From contig OZ249436.1 of the NCBI GenBank assembly GCA_965235115.1, positions 53,322,001 through 53,386,000 of the forward strand: 64,000 nt of DNA, read 5' to 3'. Made by a program: the position numbers and the translations under genes. Shown piece after piece: positions 1 through 15,000 of the stretch. The notes under the pieces are model-generated. The model was not told the DNA's origin, made no database searches, and saw only the letters and a program-made list of their open reading frames with translations. Position 1 is the first letter of the stretch. Each line of letters starts with the position of its first letter. The DNA is from Laetmonice hystrix (lineage: Eukaryota).

Positions 1-3000
1 TGAAACTACGCTCCCCCTCCAAAAAAAAAAATTATGATTCTTAGGCCAGATGTATAACTGTCAAACGTATAGGTCTCGTACGTTCGCTACAGATATATGG
101 TTGTGATGTGTACACTTCCCATTTCAGTATCTTCTCCAGATTTTAACATTAGATGCTCCTTGCCTGTACCTTTCATTTCCAGTGCCTCACTGTAGTGTTT
201 GCATGGCTACTATAGGCCAGCCGGTAAGATGTAAGGACTTCTCACTCTACTGGTTGGCCTCCCACACTGTTCGGCCCCACAGTGTACTGTTTGGCCTCAG
301 TGTACTCTTTCGCCTCACTGTAGTGTTCGCTTGGGTGCTAGGCCAGCCAGTATACCTTGTAGCAATTCCTCCCTGTATTGTTTGGCCTCCCTGTACCGTT
401 TGCTTGTATACAAGAGTAGCCAGTAGTATAGGGACGCCTCATGTTTCATGTTTCCATGCCTTTATTGTCCAGGAGGCAGGCCATACGTTTCGTCTATCAT
501 CTACTCCCACCTAATCTGTGTCCCCTACAGACCATCTGTAAGCGTCCGACAACGTTGTCAGGTGAATCTTCCCAATGACTGTTTGCCGTAAAGGTTTAGT
601 TAACAATGGCAAATGACGTTGTACGCCTTTTCTATATCAGATATCCCATCCCCAAGTAACAAACAAACAAAGAAAGGTTACACAGAGGTGTTGCAGGCAG
701 AAAACACCAGGATGCAGCGGCGCTGACTGCACTGCCGCCTTCCGGCCAGCGGTGGAATCATCACCTGTGGCTCTTAGGCGAGATACAGGTTAAAGCAATG
801 ATAAGGGCAAAGTGGCTACATTTTTTATACGTAAAATTGAAACTACGCTCCCCCTCCAAAAAAAAAATTATGATTCTTAGGCCAGATGTATAACTGTCAA
901 ACGTATAGGTCTCGTACGTTCGCTACAGATATATGGTTGTGATGTGTACACTTCCCATTTCAGTATCTTCTCCAGATTTTAACATTAGATGCTCCTTGCC
1001 TGTACCTTTCATTTCCAGTACCTCACTGTAGTGTTTGCATGGCTACTATAGGCCAGCCGGTAAGATGTAAGGACTTTTCACTCTACTGGTTGGCCTCCCA
1101 CACTGTTCGGCCCCACAGTGTACTGTTTGGCCTCAGTGTACTCTTTGGCCTCACTGTAGTGTTCGCTTGGGTGCTAGGCCAGCCAGTATACCTTGTAGCA
1201 ATTCCTCCCTGTATTGTTTGGCCTCCCTGTACCGTTTGCTTGTATACAAGAGTAGCCAGTAGTATAGGGACGCCTCATGTTTCATGTTTCCATGCCTTTA
1301 TTGTCCAGGAGGCAGGCCATACGTTTCGTCTATCATCTACTCCCATCTAATCTGTGTCCCCTACAGACCATCTGTAAGCGTCCGACAACGTTGTCAGGTC
1401 GTCCCAATGACTGTTTGCCGCAAAGGTTTAGTTAACAATGGCAAATGACGTTGTATGCCTTTTCTATATCAGATATCCCATCCCCAAGTAACAAACAAAG
1501 AAAGGTTACACAGAGGTGTTACAGGCAGAAAACACCAGGGTGCAGCGGCGCTGACTGCACTGCCGCCTTCCGGCCAGCGGTGAAATCATCACCTGTGGCT
1601 CTTAGGCGAGATACAGGTTAAAGCAATGATAAGGGCAAAGTGGCTACATTTTTTATACGTAAAATTGAAACTACGCTCCCCCTCCAAAAAAAAAAATTAT
1701 GATTCTTAGGCCAGATGTATAACTGTCAAACGTATAGGTCTCGTACGTTCGCTACAGATATATGGTTGTGATGTGTACACTTCCCATTTCAGTATCTTCT
1801 CCAGATTTTAACATTAGATGCTCCTTGCCTGTACCTTTCATTTCCAGTACCTCACTGTAGTGTTTGCATGGCTACTATAGGCCAGCCGGTAAGATGTAAG
1901 GACTTCTCACTCTACTGGTTGGCCTCCCACACTGTTCGGCCCCACAGTGTACTGTTTGGCCTCAGTGTACTCTTTCGCCTCACTGTAGTGTTCGCTTGGG
2001 TGCTAGGCCAGCCAGTATACCTTGTAGCAATTCCTCCCTGTATTGTTTGGCCTCCCTGTACCGTTTGCTTGTATACAAGAGTAGCCAGTAGTATAGGGAC
2101 GCCTCATGTTTCATGTTTCCATGCCTTTATTGTCCAGGAGGCAGGCCATACGTTTCGTCTATCATCTACTCCCACCTAATCTGTGTCCCCTACAGACCAT
2201 CTGTAAGCGTCCGACAACGTTGTCAGGTGAATCTTCCCAATGACTGTTTGCCGTAAAGGTTTAGTTAACAATGGCAAATGACGTTGTACGCCTTTTCTAT
2301 ATCAGATATCCCATCCCCAAGTAACAAACAAACAAAGAAAGGTTACACAGAGGTGTTGCAGGCAGAAAACACCAGGGTGCAGCGGCGCTGACTGCACTGC
2401 CGCCTTCCGGCCAGCGGTGGAATCATCACCTGTGGCTCTTAGGCGAGATACAGGTTAAAGCAATGATCAGCGCATAATGGCTACTTTTTTGATACATCAA
2501 ATTGATGCTACGCCCCCCCCCCCCAAAAAAAAATTATGATTCTTAGGCCAGATGTATAACTGTCAAACGTATAGGTCTCGTACGTTCGCTACAGATATAT
2601 GGTTGTGATGTGTACACTTCCCATTTCAGTATCTTCTCCAGATTTTAACATTAGATGCTCCTCGCCTGTACCTTTCATTTCCAGTACCTCACTGTAGTGT
2701 TTGCATGGCTACTATAGGCAAGCCGGTATGTAGGGACTTCACACTCTACTGGTTGGCCTCCCACACTGCTTGGCCCCACAGTGTACTGTTTGGCCTCAGT
2801 GTACTCTTTGGCCTCACTGTAGTGTTCGCTTGGGTGCTTGGCCAGCCAGTATACCTTGTAGCAATTCCTCCCTGTATTGTTTGGCCTCCCTGTACCGTTT
2901 GCTTCTATACAAGAGTAGCCAGTAGTATAGGGACGCCTCATGTTTCATGTTTCCATGCCTTTATTGTCCAGGAGGCAGGCCATACGTTTCGTCTATCATC

Positions 3001-6000
3001 GACTCCCATCTAATCTGTGTCCCCTACAGACCATCTGTAAGCGTCCGACAACGTTGTCAGGTGAATCTTCCCAATGACTGTTTGCCGTAAAGGTTTAGTT
3101 AAAAATGGCAAATGACGTTGTACGCCTTTTCTATATCAGATATCCCATCCCCAAGTAACAAACAAAGAAAGGTTACACAGAGGTGTTACAGGCAGAAAAC
3201 ACCAGGGTGCAGCGGCGCTGACTGCACTGCCGCCTTCCGGCCAGCGGTGAAATCATCACCTGTGGCTCTTAGGCGAGATACAGGTTAAAGCAATGATAAG
3301 GGCAAAGTGGCTACATTTTTTATACGTAAAATTGAAACTACGCTCCCCCTCCAAAAAAAAAAATTATGATTCTTAGGCCAGATGTATAACTGTCAAACGT
3401 ATAGGTCTCGTACGTTCGCTACAGATATATGGTTGTGATGTGTACACTTCCCATTTCAGTATCTTCTCCAGATTTTAACATTAGATGCTCCTTGCCTGTA
3501 CCTTTCATTTCCAGTACCTCACTGTAGTGTTTGCATGGCTACTATAGGCCAGCCGGTAAGATGTAAGGACTTCTCACTCTACTGGTTGGCCTCCCACACT
3601 GTTCGGCCCCACAGTGTACTGTTTGGCCTCAGTGTACTCTTTCGCCTCACTGTAGTGTTCGCTTGGGTGCTAGGCCAGCCAGTATACCTTGTAGCAATTC
3701 CTCCCTGTATTGTTTGGCCTCCCTGTACCGTTTGCTTGTATACAAGAGTAGCCAGTAGTATAGGGACGCCTCATGTTTCATGTTTCCATGCCTTTATTGT
3801 CCAGGAGGCAGGCCATACGTTTCGTCTATCATCTACTCCCACCTAATCTGTGTCCCCTACAGACCATCTGTAAGCGTCCGACAACGTTGTCAGGTGAATC
3901 TTCCCAATGACTGTTTGCCGTAAAGGTTTAGTTAACAATGGCAAATGACGTTGTACGCCTTTTCTATATCAGATATCCCATCCCCAAGTAACAAACAAAC
4001 AAAGAAAGGTTACACAGAGGTGTTGCAGGCAGAAAACACCAGGGTGCAGCGGCGCTGACTGCACTGCCGCCTTCCGGCCAGCGGTGGAATCATCACCTGT
4101 GGCTCTTAGGCGAGATACAGGTTAAAGCAATGATCAGCGCATAATGGCTACTTTTTTGATACATCAAATTGATGCTACGCCCCCCCCCCCAAAAAAATTA
4201 TGATTCTTAGGCCAGATGTATAACTGTCAAACGTATAGGTCTCGTACGTTCGCTACAGATATATGGTTGTGATGTGTACACTTCCCATTTCAGTATCTTC
4301 TCCAGATTTTAACATTAGATGCTCCTTGCCTGTACCTTTCATTTCCAGTACCTCACTGTAGTGTTTGCATGGCTACTATAGGCCAGCCGGTAAGATGTAA
4401 GGACTTCTCACTCTACTGGTTGGCCTCCCACACTGTTCGGCCCCACAGTGTACTGTTTGGCCTCAGTGTACTCTTTCGCCTCACTGTAGTGTTCGCTTGG
4501 GTGCTAGGCCAGCCAGTATACCTTGTAGCAATTCCTCCCTGTATTGTTTGGCCTCCCTGTACCGTTTGCTTGTATACAAGAGTAGCCAGTAGTATAGGGA
4601 CGCCTCATGTTTCATGTTTCCATGCCTTTATTGTCCAGGAGGCAGGCCATACGTTTCGTCTATCATCTACTCCCACCTAATCTGTGTCCCCTACAGACCA
4701 TCTGTAAGCGTCCGACAACGTTGTCAGGTGAATCTTCCCAATGACTGTTTGCCGTAAAGGTTTAGTTAACAATGGCAAATGACGTTGTACGCCTTTTCTA
4801 TATCAGATATCCCATCCCCAAGTAACAAACAAACAAAGAAAGGTTACACAGAGGTGTTGCAGGCAGAAAACACCAGGGTGCAGCGGCGCTGACTGCACTG
4901 CCGCCTTCCGGCCAGCGGTGGAATCATCACCTGTGGCTCTTAGGCGAGATACAGGTTAAAGCAATGATCAGCGCATAATGGCTACTTTTTTGATACATCA
5001 AATTGATGCTACGCCCCCCCCCCCAAAAAAATTATGATTCTTAGGCCAGATGTATAACTGTCAAACGTATAGGTCTCGTACGTTCGCTACAGATATATGG
5101 TTGTGATGTGTACACTTCCCATTTCAGTATCTTCTCCAGATTTTAACATTAGATGCTCCTCGCCTGTACCTTTCATTTCCAGTACCTCACTGTAGTGTTT
5201 GCATGGCTACTATAGGCAAGCCGGTATGTAGGGACTTCACACTCTACTGGTTGGCCTCCCACACTGCTTGGCCCCACAGTGTACTGTTTGGCCTCAGTGT
5301 ACTCTTTCGCCTCACTGTAGTGTTCGCTTGGGTGCTAGGCCAGCCAGTATACCTTGTAGCAATTCCTCCCTGTATTGTTTGGCCTCCCTGTACCGTTTGC
5401 TTGTATACAAGAGTAGCCAGTAGTATAGGGACGCCTCATGTTTCATGTTTCCATGCCTTTATTGTCCAGGAGGCAGGCCATACGTTTCGTCTATCATCTA
5501 CTCCCACCTAATCTGTGTCCCCTACAGACCATCTGTAAGCGTCCGACAACGTTGTCAGGTGAATCTTCCCAATGACTGTTTGCCGTAAAGGTTTAGTTAA
5601 CAATGGCAAATGACGTTGTACGCCTTTTCTATATCAGATATCCCATCCCCAAGTAACAAACAAACAAAGAAAGGTTACACAGAGGTGTTGCAGGCAGAAA
5701 ACACCAGGATGCAGCGGCGCTGACTGCACTGCCGCCTTCCGGCCAGCGGTGGAATCATCACCTGTGGCTCTTAGGCGAGATACAGGTTAAAGCAATGATA
5801 AGGGCAAAGTGGCTACATTTTTTATACGTAAAATTGAAACTACGCTCCCCCTCCAAAAAAAAAATTATGATTCTTAGGCCAGATGTATAACTGTCAAACG
5901 TATAGGTCTCGTACGTTCGCTACAGATATATGGTTGTGATGTGTACACTTCCCATTTCAGTATCTTCTCCAGATTTTAACATTAGATGCTCCTTGCCTGT

Positions 6001-9000
6001 ACCTTTCATTTCCAGTACCTCACTGTAGTGTTTGCATGGCTACTATAGGCCAGCCGGTAAGATGTAAGGACTTTTCACTCTACTGGTTGGCCTCCCACAC
6101 TGTTCGGCCCCACAGTGTACTGTTTGGCCTCAGTGTACTCTTTGGCCTCACTGTAGTGTTCGCTTGGGTGCTAGGCCAGCCAGTATACCTTGTAGCAATT
6201 CCTCCCTGTATTGTTTGGCCTCCCTGTACCGTTTGCTTGTATACAAGAGTAGCCAGTAGTATAGGGACGCCTCATGTTTCATGTTTCCATGCCTTTATTG
6301 TCCAGGAGGCAGGCCATACGTTTCGTCTATCATCTACTCCCATCTAATCTGTGTCCCCTACAGACCATCTGTAAGCGTCCGACAACGTTGTCAGGTCGTC
6401 CCAATGACTGTTTGCCGCAAAGGTTTAGTTAACAATGGCAAATGACGTTGTATGCCTTTTCTATATCAGATATCCCATCCCCAAGTAACAAACAAAGAAA
6501 GGTTACACAGAGGTGTTACAGGCAGAAAACACCAGGGTGCAGCGGCGCTGACTGCACTGCCGCCTTCCGGCCAGCGGTGAAATCATCACCTGTGGCTCTT
6601 AGGCGAGATACAGGTTAAAGCAATGATAAGGGCAAAGTGGCTACATTTTTTATACGTAAAATTGAAACTACGCTCCCCCTCCAAAAAAAAAAATTATGAT
6701 TCTTAGGCCAGATGTATAACTGTCAAACGTATAGGTCTCGTACGTTCGCTACAGATATATGGTTGTGATGTGTACACTTCCCATTTCAGTATCTTCTCCA
6801 GATTTTAACATTAGATGCTCCTTGCCTGTACCTTTCATTTCCAGTACCTCACTGTAGTGTTTGCATGGCTACTATAGGCCAGCCGGTAAGATGTAAGGAC
6901 TTCTCACTCTACTGGTTGGCCTCCCACACTGTTCGGCCCCACAGTGTACTGTTTGGCCTCAGTGTACTCTTTCGCCTCACTGTAGTGTTCGCTTGGGTGC
7001 TAGGCCAGCCAGTATACCTTGTAGCAATTCCTCCCTGTATTGTTTGGCCTCCCTGTACCGTTTGCTTGTATACAAGAGTAGCCAGTAGTATAGGGACGCC
7101 TCATGTTTCATGTTTCCATGCCTTTATTGTCCAGGAGGCAGGCCATACGTTTCGTCTATCATCTACTCCCACCTAATCTGTGTCCCCTACAGACCATCTG
7201 TAAGCGTCCGACAACGTTGTCAGGTGAATCTTCCCAATGACTGTTTGCCGTAAAGGTTTAGTTAACAATGGCAAATGACGTTGTACGCCTTTTCTATATC
7301 AGATATCCCATCCCCAAGTAACAAACAAACAAAGAAAGGTTACACAGAGGTGTTGCAGGCAGAAAACACCAGGGTGCAGCGGCGCTGACTGCACTGCCGC
7401 CTTCCGGCCAGCGGTGGAATCATCACCTGTGGCTCTTAGGCGAGATACAGGTTAAAGCAATGATCAGCGCATAATGGCTACTTTTTTGATACATCAAATT
7501 GATGCTACGCCCCCCCCCCAAAAAAAAAAATTATGATTCTTAGGCCAGATGTATAACTGTCAAACGTATAGGTCTCGTACGTTCGCTACAGATATATGGT
7601 TGTGATGTGTACACTTCCCATTTCAGTATCTTCTCCAGATTTTAACATTAGATGCTCCTCGCCTGTACCTTTCATTTCCAGTACCTCACTGTAGTGTTTG
7701 CATGGCTACTATAGGCAAGCCGGTATGTAGGGACTTCACACTCTACTGGTTGGCCTCCCACACTGCTTGGCCCCACAGTGTACTGTTTGGCCTCAGTGTA
7801 CTCTTTGGCCTCACTGTAGTGTTCGCTTGGGTGCTTGGCCAGCCAGTATACCTTGTAGCAATTCCTCCCTGTATTGTTTGGCCTCCCTGTACCGTTTGCT
7901 TCTATACAAGAGTAGCCAGTAGTATAGGGACGCCTCATGTTTCATGTTTCCATGCCTTTATTGTCCAGGAGGCAGGCCATACGTTTCGTCTATCATCGAC
8001 TCCCATCTAATCTGTGTCCCCTACAGACCATCTGTAAGCGTCCGACAACGTTGTCAGGTGAATCTTCCCAATGACTGTTTGCCGTAAAGGTTTAGTTAAA
8101 AATGGCAAATGACGTTGTACGCCTTTTCTATATCAGATATCCCATCCCCAAGTAACAAACAAAGAAAGGTTACACAGAGGTGTTACAGGCAGAAAACACC
8201 AGGGTGCAGCGGCGCTGACTGCACTGCCGCCTTCCGGCCAGCGGTGAAATCATCACCTGTGGCTCTTAGGCGAGATACAGGTTAAAGCAATGATAAGGGC
8301 AAAGTGGCTACATTTTTTATACGTAAAATTGAAACTACGCTCCCCCTCCAAAAAAAAAAATTATGATTCTTAGGCCAGATGTATAACTGTCAAACGTATA
8401 GGTCTCGTACGTTCGCTACAGATATATGGTTGTGATGTGTACACTTCCCATTTCAGTATCTTCTCCAGATTTTAACATTAGATGCTCCTTGCCTGTACCT
8501 TTCATTTCCAGTACCTCACTGTAGTGTTTGCATGGCTACTATAGGCCAGCCGGTAAGATGTAAGGACTTCTCACTCTACTGGTTGGCCTCCCACACTGTT
8601 CGGCCCCACAGTGTACTGTTTGGCCTCAGTGTACTCTTTCGCCTCACTGTAGTGTTCGCTTGGGTGCTAGGCCAGCCAGTATACCTTGTAGCAATTCCTC
8701 CCTGTATTGTTTGGCCTCCCTGTACCGTTTGCTTGTATACAAGAGTAGCCAGTAGTATAGGGACGCCTCATGTTTCATGTTTCCATGCCTTTATTGTCCA
8801 GGAGGCAGGCCATACGTTTCGTCTATCATCTACTCCCACCTAATCTGTGTCCCCTACAGACCATCTGTAAGCGTCCGACAACGTTGTCAGGTGAATCTTC
8901 CCAATGACTGTTTGCCGTAAAGGTTTAGTTAACAATGGCAAATGACGTTGTACGCCTTTTCTATATCAGATATCCCATCCCCAAGTAACAAACAAACAAA

Positions 9001-12000
9001 GAAAGGTTACACAGAGGTGTTGCAGGCAGAAAACACCAGGGTGCAGCGGCGCTGACTGCACTGCCGCCTTCCGGCCAGCGGTGGAATCATCACCTGTGGC
9101 TCTTAGGCGAGATACAGGTTAAAGCAATGATCAGCGCATAATGGCTACTTTTTTGATACATCAAATTGATGCTACGCCCCCCCCCCAAAAAAAATTATGA
9201 TTCTTAGGCCAGATGTATAACTGTCAAACGTATAGGTCTCGTACGTTCGCTACAGATATATGGTTGTGATGTGTACACTTCCCATTTCAGTATCTTCTCC
9301 AGATTTTAACATTAGATGCTCCTCGCCTGTACCTTTCATTTCCAGTACCTCACTGTAGTGTTTGCATGGCTACTATAGGCAAGCCGGTATGTAGGGACTT
9401 CACACTCTACTGGTTGGCCTCCCACACTGCTTGGCCCCACAGTGTACTGTTTGGCCTCAGTGTACTCTTTCGCCTCACTGTAGTGTTCGCTTGGGTGCTA
9501 GGCCAGCCAGTATACCTTGTAGCAATTCCTCCCTGTATTGTTTGGCCTCCCTGTACCGTTTGCTTGTATACAAGAGTAGCCAGTAGTATAGGGACGCCTC
9601 ATGTTTCATGTTTCCATGCCTTTATTGTCCAGGAGGCAGGCCATACGTTTCGTCTATCATCTACTCCCACCTAATCTGTGTCCCCTACAGACCATCTGTA
9701 AGCGTCCGACAACGTTGTCAGGTGAATCTTCCCAATGACTGTTTGCCGTAAAGGTTTAGTTAACAATGGCAAATGACGTTGTACGCCTTTTCTATATCAG
9801 ATATCCCATCCCCAAGTAACAAACAAACAAAGAAAGGTTACACAGAGGTGTTGCAGGCAGAAAACACCAGGGTGCAGCGGCGCTGACTGCACTGCCGCCT
9901 TCCGGCCAGTGGTGGAATCATCACCTGTGGCTCTTAGGCGAGATACAGGTTAAAGCAATGATCAGCGCATAATGGCTACTTTTTTGATACATCAAATTGA
10001 TGCTACGCCCCCCCCCCAAAAAAATTATGATTCTTAGGCCAGATGTATAACTGTCAAACGTATAGGTCTCGTACGTTCGCTACAGATATATGGTTGTGAT
10101 GTGTACACTTCCCATTTCAGTATCTTCTCCAGATTTTAACATTAGATGCTCCTCGCCTGTACCTTTCATTTCCAGTACCTCACTGTAGTGTTTGCATGGC
10201 TACTATAGGCAAGCCGGTATGTAGGGACTTCACACTCTACTGGTTGGCCTCCCACACTGCTTGGCCCCACAGTGTACTGTTTGGCCTCAGTGTACTCTTT
10301 GGCCTCACTGTAGTGTTCGCTTGGGTGCTTGGCCAGCCAGTATACCTTGTAGCAATTCCTCCCTGTATTGTTTGGCCTCCCTGTACCGTTTGCTTGTATA
10401 CAAGAGTAGCCAGTAGTATAGGGACGCCTCCTGTTTCATGTTTCCAGGCCTTTATTGTCCAGGAGGCAGGCCATACGTTTCGTCTATCATCTACTCCCAT
10501 CTAATCTGTGTCCCCTACAGACGATCTGTAAGCGTCCGACAATGTTGTCAGGTGAATCTTCCCAATGACTGTTTGCCGTAAAGGTTTAGTTAAAAATGGC
10601 AAATGACGTTGTACGCCTTTTCTATATCAGATATCCCATCCCCAAGTAACAAACAAAGAAAGGTTACACAGAGGTGTTACAGGCAGAAAACACCAGGGTG
10701 CAGCGGCGCTGACTGCACTGCCGCCTTCCGGCCAGCGGTGAAATCATCACCTGTGGCTCTTAGGCGAGATACAGGTTAAAGCAATGATAAGGGCAAAGTG
10801 GCTACAATTTTTATACGTAAAATTGAAACTACGCTCCCCCTCCAAAAAAAAAATTATGATTCTTAGGCCAGATGTATAACTGTCAAACGTATAGGTCTCG
10901 TACGTTCGCTACAGATATATGGTTGTGATGTGTACACTTCCCATTTCAGTATCTTCTCCAGATTTTAACATTAGATGCTCCTCGCCTGTACCTTTCATTT
11001 CCAGTACCTCACTGTAGTGTTTGCATGGCTACTATAGGCCAGCCGGTAAGATGTAAGGACTTCTCACTCTACTGGTTGGCCTCCCACACTGTTTGGCCCC
11101 ACAGTGTACTGTTTGGCCTTAGTGTACTCTTTGGCCTCACTGTAGTGTTCGCTTGGGTGCTAGGCCAGCCAGTATACCTTGTAGCAATTCCTCCCTGTAT
11201 TGTTTGGCCTCCCTGTACCGTTTGCTTCTATACAAGAGTAGCCAGTAGTATAGGGACGCCTCCTGTTTCATGTTTTCATGCCTTTATTGTCCAGGAGGCA
11301 GGCCATACGTTTCGTCTATCATCTACTCCCACCTAATCTGTGTCCCCTACAGACCATCTGTAAGCGTCCGACAACGTTGTCAGATGAATCTTCCCAATGA
11401 CTGTTTGCCGTAAAGGTTTAGTTAACAATGGCAAATGATGTTGTACGCCTTTTCTATATCAGATATCCCATCCCGAAGTAACAAACAAACAAAGAAAGGT
11501 TACACAGAGGTGTTGCAGGCAGAAAACACCAGGGTGCAGCGTCGCTGACTGCACTGCCGCCTTCCGGCCAGCGGTGGAATCATCACCTGTGGCTCTTAGG
11601 CGAGATACAGGTTAAAGCAATGATAAGCGCATAATGGCTACTTTTTTGATACATCAAATTGAAGCTACGCCCCCCCCCCCCCCCAACAAAAATTATGATT
11701 CTTAGGCCAGATGTATAACTGTCAAACGTATAGGTCTCGTACGTTCGCTACAGATATATGGTTGTGATGTGTGCACTTCCCATTTCAGTATCTTCTCCAG
11801 ATTTTAACATTAGATGCTCCTCGCCTGTACCTTTCATTTCCAGTACCTCACTGTAGTGTTTGCATGGCTACTATAGGCCAGCCGGTAAGATGTAAGGAGT
11901 TCTCACTCTACTGGTTGGCCTCCCACACTGTTTGGCCCCACAGTGTACTGTTTGGCCTCAGTGTACTCTTTGGCCTCACTGTAGTGTTCGCTTGGGTGCT

Positions 12001-15000
12001 AGGCCAGCCAGTATACCTTGTAGCAATTCCTCCCTGTATTGGTTGGCCTCCCTGTACCGTTTGCTTCTATTCAAGAGTAGCCAGTAGTATAGGGACGCCT
12101 CCTGTTTCATGTTTCCAGGCCTTTATTGTCCAGGAGGCAGGCCATACGTTTCGTCTATCATCTACTCCCATCTAATCTGTGTCCCCTACAGACGATCTGT
12201 AAGCGTCCGACAATGTTGTCAGGTGAATCTTCCCAATGACTGTTTGCCGTAAAGGTTTAGTTAAAAATGGCAAATGACGTTGTACGCCTTTTCTATATCA
12301 GATATCCCATCCCCAAGTAACAAACAAAGAAAGGTTACACAGAGGTGTTACAGGCAGAAAACACCAGGGTGCAGCGGCGCTGACTGCACTGCCGCCTTCC
12401 GGACAGCGGTGAAATCATCACCTGTGGCTCTTAGGCGAGATACAGGTTAAAGCAATGATAAGGGCAAAGTGGCTACATTTTTTATACGGAAAATTGAAAC
12501 TACGCTCCCCCTCCAAAAAAGAAATTATGATTCTTAGGCCAGATGTATAACTGTCAAACGTATAGGTCTCGTACGTTCGCTACAGATATATGGTTGTGAT
12601 GTGTACACTTCCCATTTCAGTATCTTCTCCAGATTTTAACATTAGATGCTCCTTGCCTGTACCTTTCATTTCCAGTACCTCACTGTAGTGTTTGCATGGC
12701 TACTATAGGCCAGCCGGTAAGATGTAAGGACTTCTCACTCTACTGGTTGGCCTCCCACACTGTTCGGCCCCACAGTGTACTGTTTGGCCTCAGTGTACTC
12801 TTTCGCCTCACTGTAGTGTTCGCTTGGGTGCTAGGCCAGCCAGTATACCTTGTAGCAATTCCTCCCTGTATTGTTTGGCCTCCCTGTACCGTTTGCTTGT
12901 ATACAAGAGTAGCCAGTAGTATAGGGACGCCTCATGTTTCATGTTTCCATGCCTTTATTGTCCAGGAGGCAGGCCATACATTTCGTCTATCATCTACTCC
13001 CATCTAATCTGTGTCCCCTACAGACCATCTGTAAGCGTCCGACAACGTTGTCAGGTCGTCCCAATGACTGTTTGCCGCAAAGGTTTAGTTAACAATGGCA
13101 AATGACGTTGTATGCCTTTTCTATATCAGATATCCCATCCCCAAGTAACAAACAAACAAAGAAAGGTTACACACAAGTGTTGCTGGCAGAAAACACCAGG
13201 GTGCAGCGCAGCTCCACTGAAGCGGCGGCGGCGGCGCTGACTGCACTGCCGCCTTCCGGCCAGCGGTGGAATCACCACCTACACCTGGCCGGGCTGGCTG
13301 GCACCTGTGGCTCTTAGGCGAGAGAAAGGTTAAAGCAATGATAAGCGCAAAATGGCTACATTTTTGATACGTCAAATTGAAACTACGCCCCCAAAAATTA
13401 TGATTCTTAGGCCAGATGTATAACTGTCGAACGTATAGGTCTCGTACGTTCGCTACAGATATATGGTTGTGATGTGTACACTTCCCATTTGAGTAGCTTC
13501 TCCATATTTTAACATTAGATGCTCCTCGCCTGTAGCTTTCATTTCCATTACCTTACTGTAGTGTTTGCATGGCTACTATAGGCCAGCCAGTATGTAGGGA
13601 CTTCTCACTCTACTGGTTGGCCTCCCACACTGCTTGGCCCCACAGTGTACTGTTTGGCCTCAGTGTACTCTTTGGCCTCACTGTAGTGTTCGCTTGGGTG
13701 CTAGGCTAGCCAGTATACCTTGTAGCAATTCCTCCCTGTATTGTTTGGCCTCCCTGTACCGTTTGCTTCTATACAAGAGTAGCCAGTAGTATAGGGACGC
13801 CTCATGTTTCATGTTTCCATGCCTTTATTGTCCAGGAGGCAGGCCATACGTTTCGTCTATCATCGACTCCCATCTAATCTGTGTCCCCTACAGACCATCT
13901 GTAAGCGTCCGACAACGTTGTCAGGTGAATCTTCCCAATGACTGTTTGCCGTAAAGGTTTAGTTAACAATGGCAAATGACGTTGTACGCCTTTTCTATAT
14001 CAGATATCCCACCCCCAAGTAACAAACAAACAAAGGTTACACAGAGGTGTTACAGGCAGAAAACACCAGGGTGCAGCGGCGCTGACTGCATTGCCACCTT
14101 CCGGCCAGCGGTGGAATCATCACCTGTGGCTCTTAGGCGAGATACAGGTTAAAGCAAAGATAAGCGGAAAATGGCTACATTTTTGATACGTCAAATTGAA
14201 ACTACGCCCCCCCCCCCCTCCAAAGAAAAAATTATGATTCTTAGGCCAGATGTATAACTGTTAAACGTATAGGTCTCGTACGTTCGCTACAGATATAGGC
14301 CTATGGTTGTGATGTGTACACTTCCCATTTCAGTATCTTCTCTAGGTTTTAACATTAGATGCTCCTCGCCTATACCTTTCATTTCCAGTACCTCACTGTA
14401 GTGTTTGCATGGCTACTATAGGCCAGCCGGTAAGATGTAAGGACTTCTCACTCTACTGGTTGGCCTCCCACACTGTTTGGCCCCACAGTGTACTGTTTGG
14501 CCTCAGTGTACTCTTTGGCCTCACTGTAGTGTTCGCTTGGGTGCTAGGCCAGCCAGTATACCTTGTAGCAATTCCTCCCTGTATTGTTTGGCCTCCCTGT
14601 ACCGTTTGCTTCTATACAAGAGTAGCCAGTAGTATAGGGACGCCTCATGTTTCATGTTTCCATGCCTTTATTGTCCAGGAGGCAGGCCATACGTTTCGTC
14701 TATCATCGACTCCCATCTAATCTGTGTCCCCTACAGACCATCTGTAAGCGTCCGACAACGTTGTCAGGTGAATCTTCCCAATGACTGTTTGCCGTAAAGG
14801 TTTAGTTAACAATGGCAAATGACGTTGTACGCCTTTTCTATATCAGATATCCCACCCCCAAGTAACAAACAAACAAAGGTTACACAGAGGTGTTACAGGC
14901 AGAAAACACCAGGGTGCAGCGGCGCTGACTGCATTGCCACCTTCCGGCCAGCGGTGGAATCATCACCTGTGGCTCTTAGGCGAGATACAGGTTAAAGCAA

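Noticed and set aside
183..543. Possible repeated exon pair per monomer (41 nt after tttccag ending at gtaaga/gtatgt, plus a 7-nt cctacag|ACCATCT|gtaagc microexon; together 48 nt, in frame)
   Set aside because: The splice-like motifs could be chance, the peptide is unrecognisable, and no flanking unique exons were found. It cannot be supported without spliced reads.
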